The position numbers were made by a program, and so were the translations under genes. From NCBI GenBank assembly GCA_965645245.1, contig OZ287068.1:2294001-2358000 (forward strand): DNA of 64,000 nucleotides. Direction: 5' to 3'. The notes beneath the pieces are model-generated. The model was not told the DNA's origin. It did not search any database and saw only the letters and a list, made by a program, of their open reading frames with translations. Positions 49,989 to 60,833 of the stretch are shown one piece after another. The stretch's first letter is position 1. The number at the start of each line of letters is the position of its first letter. The stretch comes from Massalongia carnosa. Lineage: Eukaryota.

Positions 49989-51733
49989 ATGTATTACATT
50001 GTCCTGCTGTTCACCGTACGGCTTGTTGGCTTTGGCTTTCTTCGAGTGAGATCTTTTCGCCATGACACCTGTTACCATGATAACATGTGGGCCTCGTTTG
50101 TCTCTGAAAATGCTCTGGATATTGAGTTTGCTGGTCTTGCATGTGGGAATGCCTTACGTCTCCGCTTAGCCCCAAGTACAGAAGCCTCTTGCTCCGCCAG
50201 GCGGTCCTCCTGGTGGTCCTCCCGGTGGTCCGCCAGCAGTCGCTCCTCCAGCTGTTGCTCCGCCAGGCGGTCCTCCTGGTGGTCCTCCTGGTGGTCCCCC
50301 CAGTGGCACCTCAGGTAGCGTTTCAGGGTCATCTCTCCCAGGCGATGGTACCCCAGGTAGCAGTTCCTCCAGTTCTATTACAAGCCAGGCTGATACTTCA
50401 ATCCAAGGCGATGGTAAGAACGATCCAGGCCAGTATAATGGTCCAACAAAAGCTAACAACCCGGAGTGCCCAGAGGCAGATCTTAAGACTTATTACACCC
50501 TCGAGGGTATTTTCTTTGTGGTTCAGTGCTCTCGAAGTCATGGGACAAGCATTATTCAGAAAACCACAGCTGTTACTTTCCAGGAATGCATTAACAAGTG
50601 TGGTGAGGAACTACCTTGTAATAGCGTCAGCTATGGAAACAGAGCATGTATGCTTGTATCTGGATCTGTTATTTCAACCGCCGATTCGGAGAAGAACACG
50701 CAATTTAACTACGCTACAAAAATTGATCCTCCTACTAAAGTTGCAAAAGATGATGAGACATGCATGTTCAGCTTCATGTCCTACAGGTAATGGTCACAGC
50801 TATGCCTCTACCTTTGGTGAAACATTTAGGCTCAATTGTGGCAAACGATATGGCACCACATACCTGAAGAAGGATCAACAAGAGACCTTGAAAGATTGCA
50901 TGGACTCTTGCGCAGCTTTCACTCCTTGCCACAATGTTGATTATCACGAAGGCACTCAAACGTGTTATTATCCAATCATCACGGAGAACCTACTCTGGTA
51001 ACACCAGGTTTCGGCAGCGCCTACTCTCTCGGATGCACAGGTGCATGTTCAGGGAACTGTACCAGCTGCAGTTGTGGCCAGACATTCACACCACCCTCTC
51101 TCCCCAAGCCTACCGGCCCACCAACCCCAGATCTCCCCTGTGGCAACCAAGGTTTTAATTTCGTCATCTATCCGAACAACAAAGCCGACGGCACCACAAA
51201 CTACTACGAAGCGGGCCCCGACCCCACCTACAGTACTTTCGACCCTCAGCTTTTCAAGACCGCCGCTACCGAGGTCACAGGCAAAACTAAGAGTGTCAGT
51301 ATCCTTGATACTATTGATATTTACGTCATCAAGCGTGCACAGTCACTATACGTGACCATCAACCACAAAGGTTACCTCTTTACTCAATAAGCCGGCGAGT
51401 ACACCTTCCGAATCCCATCCGGAGATGACATTATCCTTCTCTAGGTCGGCGCCAACGCTTACTCCGGCTAGAATCGTGCAAACGCCAAGATCGTCTAGTA
51501 TTGGAATGGAGGACAAGTCATGTACAAGGAGACTTCGCGCAGGGGTTTTATATCTCTCTTCAAATCATGTATGCGAATGGACTAGGGCCGGTGGGTTCAC
51601 ATTTGAGCTCAAAGCGCCGGATAGGACGATTGTTATTGGGGGCGATACAACTAGTGAATCATCTTTCTTGGGTCAATGTTCTTGTGATAAAACGAGTGCG
51701 CCAAGGTTTGCACCTTTCGAATCGGAGAAATAA
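49989..51733 (+). pseudogene. Secreted adhesin-like pseudogene: PPGG repeats, two PAN/apple-like Cys domains, C-terminal GLEYA/PA14-like domain
   Basis: TFQECINKC..C and TLKDCMDSCA..C domains; CGNQGF..NHKGYLF..GEYTF..DDI..GANAYSG*NRANA..YAN..GGFTFELKAPD; several frameshifts and stops. Confidence 0.72.
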
Positions 51734-52786
51734 AAGGAAGGGGGATGGGAAAGATACTAGTGAGTTGATGAAGAAAAGTAAGACGAGGCAATGAGATACC
51801 TAAAGCAAAAGCCTGAAAGCGAAAGGGTGTGAATAAAAAGCATCCAACTAACCATGCCCATAACCTTTGCTATCCTAAATATTTCAACCATGAGCAAGAA
51901 ATGCTTATTGTCAAGCTCCGAAAGCACATTTTTTACCAAATTTGCCCGCTGTGGCTGTAACGCATCGATAGTTATTTGATCCTTCATCCCCTGGCCAGTA
52001 AACTACTCAACGTCTCATCAATGATAAATATGATCTCGCCAGCAACATACCGATGAGATGCATAGAACCCAGTCTATCAGTCTCTGCATTCGCCCCCTTT
52101 CTCTCACCTCTCTCGCGCTGTCAATTGACGGCCAGACCGAGAAGTGTCAAGATAACTAAGTACTTATGTAGCGTTGCCGAATCTATATAGTACGACTGGC
52201 TCCTTGCGTTGCCTGGAAAATGATTCGTCTTGCGAATCGAATCTTCTAATATAAAAAACAAGTCCTTCAGTAACCCGCGGGCTTTTCATCGTGTGCGCTG
52301 AATAGTATATATAAATATTTACTAGTTATAATTGAGCAGATCCTTTCCTCGCTGTTGTATTGCTGACGCTCAGTTTTGCTAAGAGTTCGTTTTGACGGCA
52401 AGAAGGGGAGTGGGGATTTGTTGTTTATGCGATTGTTTTAGGAAATGAATGAATGAATTGAGAAGAGATAGTTTGAGCTTCGAGTTAATGATGAGAAGAA
52501 GAGTGTTCCAAAACCATCTATTTATGTCCTTTTTCTCTCCCTGTTCTGAACACTATTTCCCTTCGACCTTCGATTATTCACGGCCTCGGTCCCGACATTA
52601 CCTTCCCTTCCCCCTTGGCCAAATTATTACTATAATCTGCAGGACCTCGAGAATCACCATACTAGCTCTAGAAACTTCCTCCGAAACCGTTTTCGGCTCT
52701 GGACCTTGTAAAACCATTACAGGGCTTCTCGCACCCTCTCGGCTCTAATGGGAAGCCCCTATTCATATGTCGCGATAGCCATGCGC

Positions 52787-53321
52787 CTAGGAGCTACCGT
52801 ACATATAACGGCACTGGATCCCTTGCCCGCGAGCAAGAATCACGCAGCAGAAGTTCGTCCCGCTACTCTGGCAATACTTCTTCGTGAGATCGACTGTGCA
52901 CACATTAGCCCTTACATCCTGATGGCGCCGAGAGAAATTAGAGAACGTAGAGAAAGCTACGGCCCACACATTGTTTGCAATCGTGAATCAGAACGATAAA
53001 CCCCTCCTCCGGATTTTCGCCTTCTAGGGGCCCGTCGCAGCACGCAGCGGTCATTCTACCGTCACCACTACCGTTGTCGCAAGGGTTTTTCTCAGGCTCT
53101 ATCGGCGTTACTTGAAGTGGCTCGTCGGGGTTGCATTTGAGTTTTTCTGAATTTGACTTGTCTAAAGGCTTGAACTCGTCGGGAGTCTGTATGGTTCCGG
53201 AAGGGGGGAATTTGTCAACAATATCCCGTGCCACGCTGCTGCTGAATTCATTGAAGTCGCCGTAGGTGGTTACGGCCGTTGTGAGCCAGGTGAAGCAAAG
53301 AAAATAAAGGACGAAATGCAT
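52787..53321 (-). CDS. Secreted protein with C-terminal 8-Cys hydrophobin-pattern domain; intron 52969-52894
   Basis: Signal MHFVLYFLCFTWLTTA; the spliced product has C-X12-CC-X19-C-X9-C-X7-CC-X10-C; CTAAT branch site before the acceptor. Confidence 0.75.
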
Positions 53322-53879
53322 GACGATTAAGAAGACTGGAAGCAGCGGAATGTGAAGAGGACAGATTTATGCGACGTATATATACGGAAGGTGCTTCATA
53401 TTAAGACCTCCAGCACTTCCTAGAGCAATACCAGAAACAAGCTCCAAGGCAGATTCATAGAGTAATGTCTCTAATGTTACATCGATTTGGTTCGGTATTA
53501 TTTTCCAGCGCTATCAACCTAGTTGCATTTCGTAGATGTATACTCGCGGAATAGAACGATTCTAGCTAGGTTTTTATGCAGTGAAATGACCCATAGGGAT
53601 TCAACAATCGTATGTGCCGTCGGCGCGGCTTGTTTCTTGTTGCTTGACGGCGAAATACCCAAGATCAACGGGAATTGAATACTACTACAGAGTCGGCCAA
53701 TTGGCAGCTGATCACCTGACGATAGTAGTCTTTTGCCTGTAGATAGGTATAACACAGTACTCTAGAAGAACCAATTTTGCTCTATCCCGCACGGGATGAA
53801 GACGCGGAGAAATGTTGTTAGCTTGTTTGCTACTAGTGAAAACTTACTTAGATATAGAGGTACAGAGCATATATTTCTA

Positions 53880-56632
53880 GGGTCGGGATACGGGCACACC
53901 CTATTAGCTACCTTAACACCCTACTTTGCTACCTTCACACCCTACTTGGATAAATTCACACCCCCGAAAAAGTAACCGCGAAAGGAAAAGTTTCCGCCCC
54001 TTTCCCGAGTAGGGTAAGCGGTGCGAAATTCTGTCGCCTGAGATGGGGAAGGAAGAAATTCCATGTTTTCGAACCTCAGGAATCGGAGTCGATTGGCACC
54101 ATGTTGGCCATTCGCACCTTGATTTCAAGCTACTAAACTTAAAGCAGACTAGCTACCTCATTTCCTGCCTGATCTATCGCTGCTTCATTCAACCCTCATT
54201 TTCGCCGTCTCCATCTCTGACATCTCCCTCACCTCCCTGATTCTCTCGCGCATTCCGAGCACTTCTTCGAATCCCTCGCGCACCTCGAGTCCCTCGAGTC
54301 TCCTGCGCATCCTGCGTCCCCCGCGTCCCCCGCGTCCCCCGTGCATCTCCACCACCTCGATCAGCTCGATCAGCTCGAGCTCTTCTGCCTCGCGCCCTTG
54401 TCGGGGCTGGATCCGCCCGACGAATGACCCATTCCACATCCGCTGGCACCTCTTCATCTTCTGCCGTCTCCATAATAACTCGCTCGAATTGGGAAGGTTG
54501 TCGACCCGTAGAGGCATTGAAAGCTTGAGTTCTTCTGTTTTCCGCTCCCGAAGGTCGTCCACGAGGTCGAATAATGTCTGGTTCTTCCACTATCAGCAGA
54601 TTGAAATCATTGGCGGGAGCGTTTCTTTCAAATCTCCAATGTGGATGACGAACGTCTTCCAGCAATAAACTTCCTTCGCCATACAATCTTTCCTGAATTC
54701 TATGACTGCAAGGCAGTCCGGTGCTAGTTGTAAAATAATTCGTACATGCTGGCAGAGCCGTCGGTCTCCCGGTCATTAAATCGTACTGAGAATTAATTCT
54801 TCTGATTGCCTTAGTACTGATGAATGGAGATATTTGCTGAAAAATTGATTTCCGAAGATCTAGCGGATATCGCGTTTTGGTCCTCATTCAATTTGATCCA
54901 ATAGTTATGATACTCGTTCATCAATAAAAGACTGACTCCGTCCACCACCGTTTTCAGAGCTCCGGTCGACGTTCCTAATTGACGTTTGATCACTGCATGC
55001 CCTCCCTCACCTCGAGAAGTAGTGGTGGTGTCAAAATGCAGTACTCGATTGGTAAAGCATCTTACGAAATGCTGAACATGAGTAATGTAGGTGGTAGCCA
55101 GATATTCCACTACCTCATAGTCCTTGTATTTGATCGAAAACTGACCCCAGAGCTCCCATAGTATGACTTCCGATGAGGCGTAAGTTATCGCTTTCCATTC
55201 CGCAAAGAAGGTGTCCCATTCTTCCTTGCTGAATTGTCTTTTGCAATTGGCGACGACATTCTTATTGATATGCCAAATGCAAAGCAGATGATTGGTACGA
55301 GGAAATTGCGCACGAAGAGCAAGCATCAGACTTCTTTCCATGTCGGTGACAATGACGGTCGGATCTGGAAGCTCCATTTGCAAATATAGAGCTTTGACTT
55401 GCCTCAAAACCCAGGTGTAGTCAAATTTTGTCTCACTGGCCATGAAGCAAAAAGCCACATAGAAATTGGTATGCAATGCGGTTTGACCGCTGATGATCAG
55501 AAGAGGCATTTTGTAGCGATTGGTTTTATAAGTGCAATCCATGATCAGAACCTCATAGTTGGACTTTAAAAAAGTTCGGGAACTTCCTTTTACAAAGAAT
55601 AAATGAGTTATCTGATTGCGATCCTCCTCATTCTTTTGCATTTGATACAACCAATCGTCGCTCTGATCAAGCTCTCGAATCAATGCCTGTATGGGAGTCA
55701 ACGGTCCCAAAGCCTCGCGACGAAGTTGAGCCTTGAGATTGTAGATGTCTCGAGGTTTGATCATGGGATTGACGACTCGAGGATTGGCCGGATCGTCCCA
55801 ATTGATTCCGGTGGTAAGATCAGGTATGCGCAGACTCGAAATCACTTTCGATGGAGCAGTCTGAACACTTAGCTGACGCGATATCTCATCTTTTACCTCG
55901 GCGGTGATAGCCATCTTTCGATGCACTGGATGAGCCCCTGCCAAACTCGAGGCATGATTATGTTCCGATTTGACCACTTCCAAAAACCAGATATCAGACT
56001 CTTTTTCCCGAATCGCAATCATTGAAAAGGGACAAGCAATGGCTCTGCTGGCAGTAAGACGACGACTTTGTCCGCGAGGTTCTCTCACTCTGCCTCCTCG
56101 ATCGCAAATCAACCAAGCTTTGCGCGTATTTCCATCCTTATTCTTCTTCGTACGAGCGAGAACAATTGCATAACTGCGCGGGCCAGCATACTCATTGACT
56201 CGTTGAATCAAGTCTTCCAAAGACTCAAAGGATTGTCCTTCTTCCGGAGCAGCAAGAGGTGCTGAAGCTGACGAAGGGGGAGAAGCTGGCGGAGGGGGAG
56301 AAGCTGGCGGAGGGGAGGCAGATGCGACTCTTTCGAGGATGATGATATTGGGAGCGGAAGAATTGGATTCGGTATCAAAATCATTGAAAGTGTCATCGGA
56401 AGATGACATTCTGCAGGAGTAAGAAGGTTGCGGCGAAATTCCACGAAAGATGCAGCGAAATTTCAGGTGCGGCAAAATTTCGCGCCGCTTACCCTAATTG
56501 GGAAAGGGAAGGGGGCGGAAACTTTCCCTTTTGCGGTTACTTTTTCGGGGGTGTGAATGTATCCAAGTAGGGTGTGAAGGTAGCAAAGTAGGGTGTTAAG
56601 GTAGCTAATAGGGTGTGCCCGTATCCGCACCC
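53880..56632 (-). mobile_element. Mutator-like element (MULE, Hop-like); long TIRs (~150 bp); 8-bp TSD TATTTCTA; transposase 56409-54189 with a frameshift near 54880
   Basis: Motifs MDCTYKTNRYKMPL, IVTDMER, LCIWHINKN and TTTSRGEGGH; TIR GGGT..GGATACGGGCACACCCTATTAGCTACC; TSD at 53872-53879 and 56633-56640. Confidence 0.93.
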
Positions 56633-57506
56633 TATTTCTATGATCACAAGTCTAAGATACCGAACTATTGGGACAGCTAGTCGTAACATACATCTCAGTG
56701 AGTTAAAGATCTATTTTATAACGTTGATCACATGGTCTCTATCATCTGTGGATTCGTTATGCATTGCCTTCTTGATACTTGAGGTCATTCCTCTGCCACT
56801 GTCGTCTTGCTTACGTTTAGATAGTTGTTGGCTCTATCGCGACTTTTATCGTCAGTAGAAGTAGAGAAACCTGGTATCGAGGCTACCTGTGTTGGAAAGT
56901 AAACAACTGCCTGATTCAATTGATCGTTACAATCATGGAGATCATAAAGTGCCCTACGTTTACACTCACTAATACGCAGTCCTTTCTATCCCCAGTCTCG
57001 CCATTTCCTTGAACATGAATCTAGAGCATTTCTACTTCTTGCTTCTTCTCCATCATATCGGGTTTTCAGTTTGTTAGTTCGTTCAGAAAAAGGTATCTTT
57101 TAGACGAGTATTTTTTCGATTCTTATTGTGGGGTTTGATCAGGAAACTTGAAGCTTTCATATTGTCACCCTATAGCCTGTTTATCCTAGACAAGTAAAGC
57201 AGTTACGATATATAGAGAAAGTCTTCGAATCCAACTAGAAAAATGAATAGTTTAGCTGGTAAGCGGCGTCCCCACTCTAAATTGCTTTTTACGCTCTCCC
57301 GGTCGATGTTTCAACTCCTTTTAATGAGCCCCAACTTGTACCTTCTGTATCAAGTCTGCCAACTTTGAAACTTTAATCTCTAATTCACGCTCTCACTTCT
57401 CTCTATCATCCTCTGCATATTCATCTCATATTTAACCAGGACCTTTAAGATCCGCAATTTAATGCGCATATTATAGTATGCATACCACCATTATTATTTC
57501 TTTGAC

Positions 57507-57578
57507 GGCCTGCTAGATTAGAAACCTCTACGTGGTGCAGGCTATCAACACCTTTTCGAAGATGGCCAATATCTGATC
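57507..57578 (+). ncRNA. HDV-like self-cleaving ribozyme fold (predicted), copy 2
   Basis: P1 GGCCUGC/GCAGGCU, P2 GAUUAGA/UCUGAUC, P3 ACC/GGU, L3 UCUACGU, P4 with UUCG loop, J4/2 GCCAA. G1 abuts the TSD. Confidence 0.75.
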
Positions 57579-58021
57579 ATCGCCAACGCGGAAGCCCACC
57601 TCAATGGCCGTTTGAATCTCTACTAATCATCCACCACTTCGAAGGCATACAAAGCCCATTCATTCGGAATGACTACATTTCCACACTTTCATTTATAATG
57701 ACACCATGATCTGCCCTCGATCACGGCCCGTCTTTCCTCCATTGAATCAAAACGATTAAAAAGAGAGAACGTTTGTCGAACGTGTGGAGATACACCGTCA
57801 AGTTCATCAAGTCTTCAAGATTCCTAGCGCTTGAAGATCTGGGTGTATGCACCGCGTGGTAGAAGAACGTTTTCGAAACGTTCAATATGGCTTAAGGGGG
57901 TGGTTTTGCCCTGAGGATCAGGTTTCCACTTCCTGACTGTTGTTTACGTACATAAATAGCAGTTACAGCGTCATATCCTTAGGATGCATACGCTTAATAA
58001 ATTAATAAAAAATAAAATATA
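57507..58021 (+). mobile_element. Short non-autonomous non-LTR retroelement, copy 2; TSD TTCTTTGAC
   Basis: Colinear with copy 1 but lacks the 59-bp array; A-rich tail; TSD at 57498-57506 and 58022-58030. Confidence 0.85.
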
Positions 58022-60833
58022 TTCTTTGACATTACTCCTGTTGGGATATCTTGGCTTTTTTTTCGGTGACTAAGTCACTTTTCTTTAGGATTGGGTTACA
58101 GGGAAGCTGGGACTTGCTACTACCAACCCAAAGTGGGTGCTATTTAGCGGAGAAACTTCGTTATTGGCAAAGTCCTGAAGAAGCTTGTCCTTTGTTCACC
58201 TCCCGACAAGGGAACAAAAGTCCTGTGCAAGGCGTCCATGGTCGGTTCTATCCTGCTGCGATAACAACAACTTTGACCTTCTTACAAGGCCGCTCTCACG
58301 TTTTTCTGACTTTTGACGAGGTAAGACCGGGAGGGCGATCACTGACAAGGAGCTCGCGCCTTCTCGTGGCGCCGGTGGCAAGTAACCCGGAAGCGCAAAA
58401 TAAAGTCGGGCTTGACCTTATGGAAAGTTCAGGTTACTTCTAAAACTAAAGATTGGGTGAAATCAAGCGATGCTAGATCAGTATAAAGCAAATGAATAAG
58501 TAGGATCTCTCGGAGCCTGTGAATTGTTTTTGAAAAAAATGGAATCGCTGAATCTTACCTTAGCCACGAGGACTAGGATATTTACTATACAATCACTCTT
58601 CATCATCATACACGCTACCTGCTCCACACGTTAAGAGCCTCATCCTGGTCGCCCCTATTTCTTCCTTCTCTTTGCATCATACTGCACCACGGATATAACG
58701 TCGCTAGATTTCAATAATTGCTTTCAGTAGATCGATCTACTATGTAGCAGGATTGTCTACGTTTTAGGTAAGTTTTTCTAATACTACATCCGTTTTGGGT
58801 TTTCAGGATTAGGAAGATATCTCCAACCCTTCAGTTGTCACAAAAATCGCCGTCAAAAGGCCACGGCTGAAACATCATGCCAAATTTACCTTAGAGAACG
58901 ACGCTCGTGCATCGCCCCTCCATGGTTGCCTGTCGAGCTACTCCTCTAGGTCGCCTCTAAAATGTCCACCGACTCGTGCGTTTGTATGACCATGAGCAGT
59001 AAGAAGCCTTGCTTCATTTTAAGAGAACCATCGAAGGGCTTAAGATTCCTTGCGGAGCAGGCCTTTCATTTTCAGGGAGAGGCAATGAGTCTACCCAGAT
59101 TGTATCTAGCTGGAAGATAGAGGCTGTTATGTTCACTTGAGAGAGATGCTCGCAAAAGATGGGTGATATGCTCCGAGTGTTTCCTGCTGTATCGTTCTTG
59201 TCAGTTTACTTTCCATGACTCATTGAAGGAATATTATCGCCGATCGTGCCCATTTAAATAACCTATAACCGAAAACTCATGTTTAAAATTTTTTTCTCCC
59301 ACAGGGCTTGCGGATCTCTGCCTTTAATGAAGCTGAAAAAGCATAAACTTGAAGCCTAGCTATTGGTCATAAGACCAGAAAAGGAAAAGCAAGGACAGTC
59401 AACTGGACTGGAGGCCCCCACTCTCCTCCGAACCTACCATCAATACCTAATAATGGCATGAGTGCCGCAAGACCTAATAAGGCTATAAGATTTAGGTGAG
59501 AATCGCATATTTCTTTGGAAACACAGCCCGCGTTAAGTGATTATCCAATATGAGTATTCGTGCGCCTCGCAATCCCGGCTACATGCTCTCGATTATGCTG
59601 CCCACACCAAGCCATTGATGCAGGGATCGACAACGTGTTGCAATATCGCAGCACGGATCCTACGAAAGTTGTATGCGCTTGATGCAACTACATGAAGGAC
59701 TGTAAATATTGCAGCAGCATCATGGGGGGCTTCACGGTGCCTAAGAGAACGACGTCCGACCGGATCTCTTGCTCCTTCTGATCGTTGATGGCAATTCCAC
59801 ACGATCTTCCCATTCTCCAAACGACGACGATCGTCGTTGCCCCGGAATGCTGGGGCAAGCCTGTTTCTTCACAATCTTAGAAGGTCCGTTCATGGTTTTC
59901 GGAATGAATAGGAGAAAATCAAATTTGGATAATGGTGCTAGAAATCTTAGGGATAGGTCCCTTGGGAGTTTCCCATGACGACCCATTGCCTGTTCCAGGC
60001 AAGGGTTTTGGGCGGGGCTTTGGGGAGTCGGAATCGGGATTCGACATGAGGCTTCTTGTAGGCTTTCGTTTTTATCAAGGTAAGATTCGCCGGACGGGCT
60101 GCTCAGGGCTTCGAGGAGAAAAACCTCAGCCCATTACATGGGAAGAAAAGAGAGTAATCCCACTGAAGACTTACATCAGTTGGTAATCGCCTCTTTCCCT
60201 TACACTAATTAGCCTTTTATTGCTATCTAAATAGGTACTCGTACCTTGGCACCATAGATGACGTAAGGAGTATGGTTTCTACGCCACTCATATTCTGGCA
60301 AGGCTGTACGCGTCCAATCGCGATAAACTCCCTTGCATAAACACCCAAGGCTCGGTGCACTACAGACGTGATAAAACGGAGAATACACGGAATCACTTCA
60401 CTTGGGGTTTGTAATATTTTGGGAAAAGAAAGAATTTGAAAATCACACTTCAGATGATGCAAGAGAGCGAAGGAGTAGAAAAATTCAGGTAGAAAAGACT
60501 CACCAACTCGGGCCTTTGATATTGCTGATAGAGAAAGCGCGTTTCCTTTCAACATCCAGCGGCATCACTAAATCTGGCATAGCAAACAACATTTTCAAAT
60601 CTCGGCTATTTACTTGTTCATGCGTTAAAAGCCAAACATCTAACAGGACTTAGAGGGGATAAATTCGTTTAGGTGGAACTTATGATTATCAGATATTTTT
60701 CTAGGCTTTCAGCAAGTCTTGGACTGGATTTCTTTTTGGCAGCATTAGAACACCCTGGTTTACATCTCTCCAATTTGAAGTAAGACTGACTTTCGCAATT
60801 TTGATTGCTCCCAGACACGGACTAGATAAGACC

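Noticed and set aside
50141..51001. 286-aa ORF with LLVVLL hydrophobic repeats; also the antisense GGPP ORF 50166-50459
   Set aside because: Alternative frames of the PPGG repeat in the adhesin pseudogene; only the last part of the 286-aa ORF is in the true frame.
58050..60790. Several short ORFs suggesting a minus-strand gene relic
   Set aside because: Could not assemble a consistent protein or assign a family.
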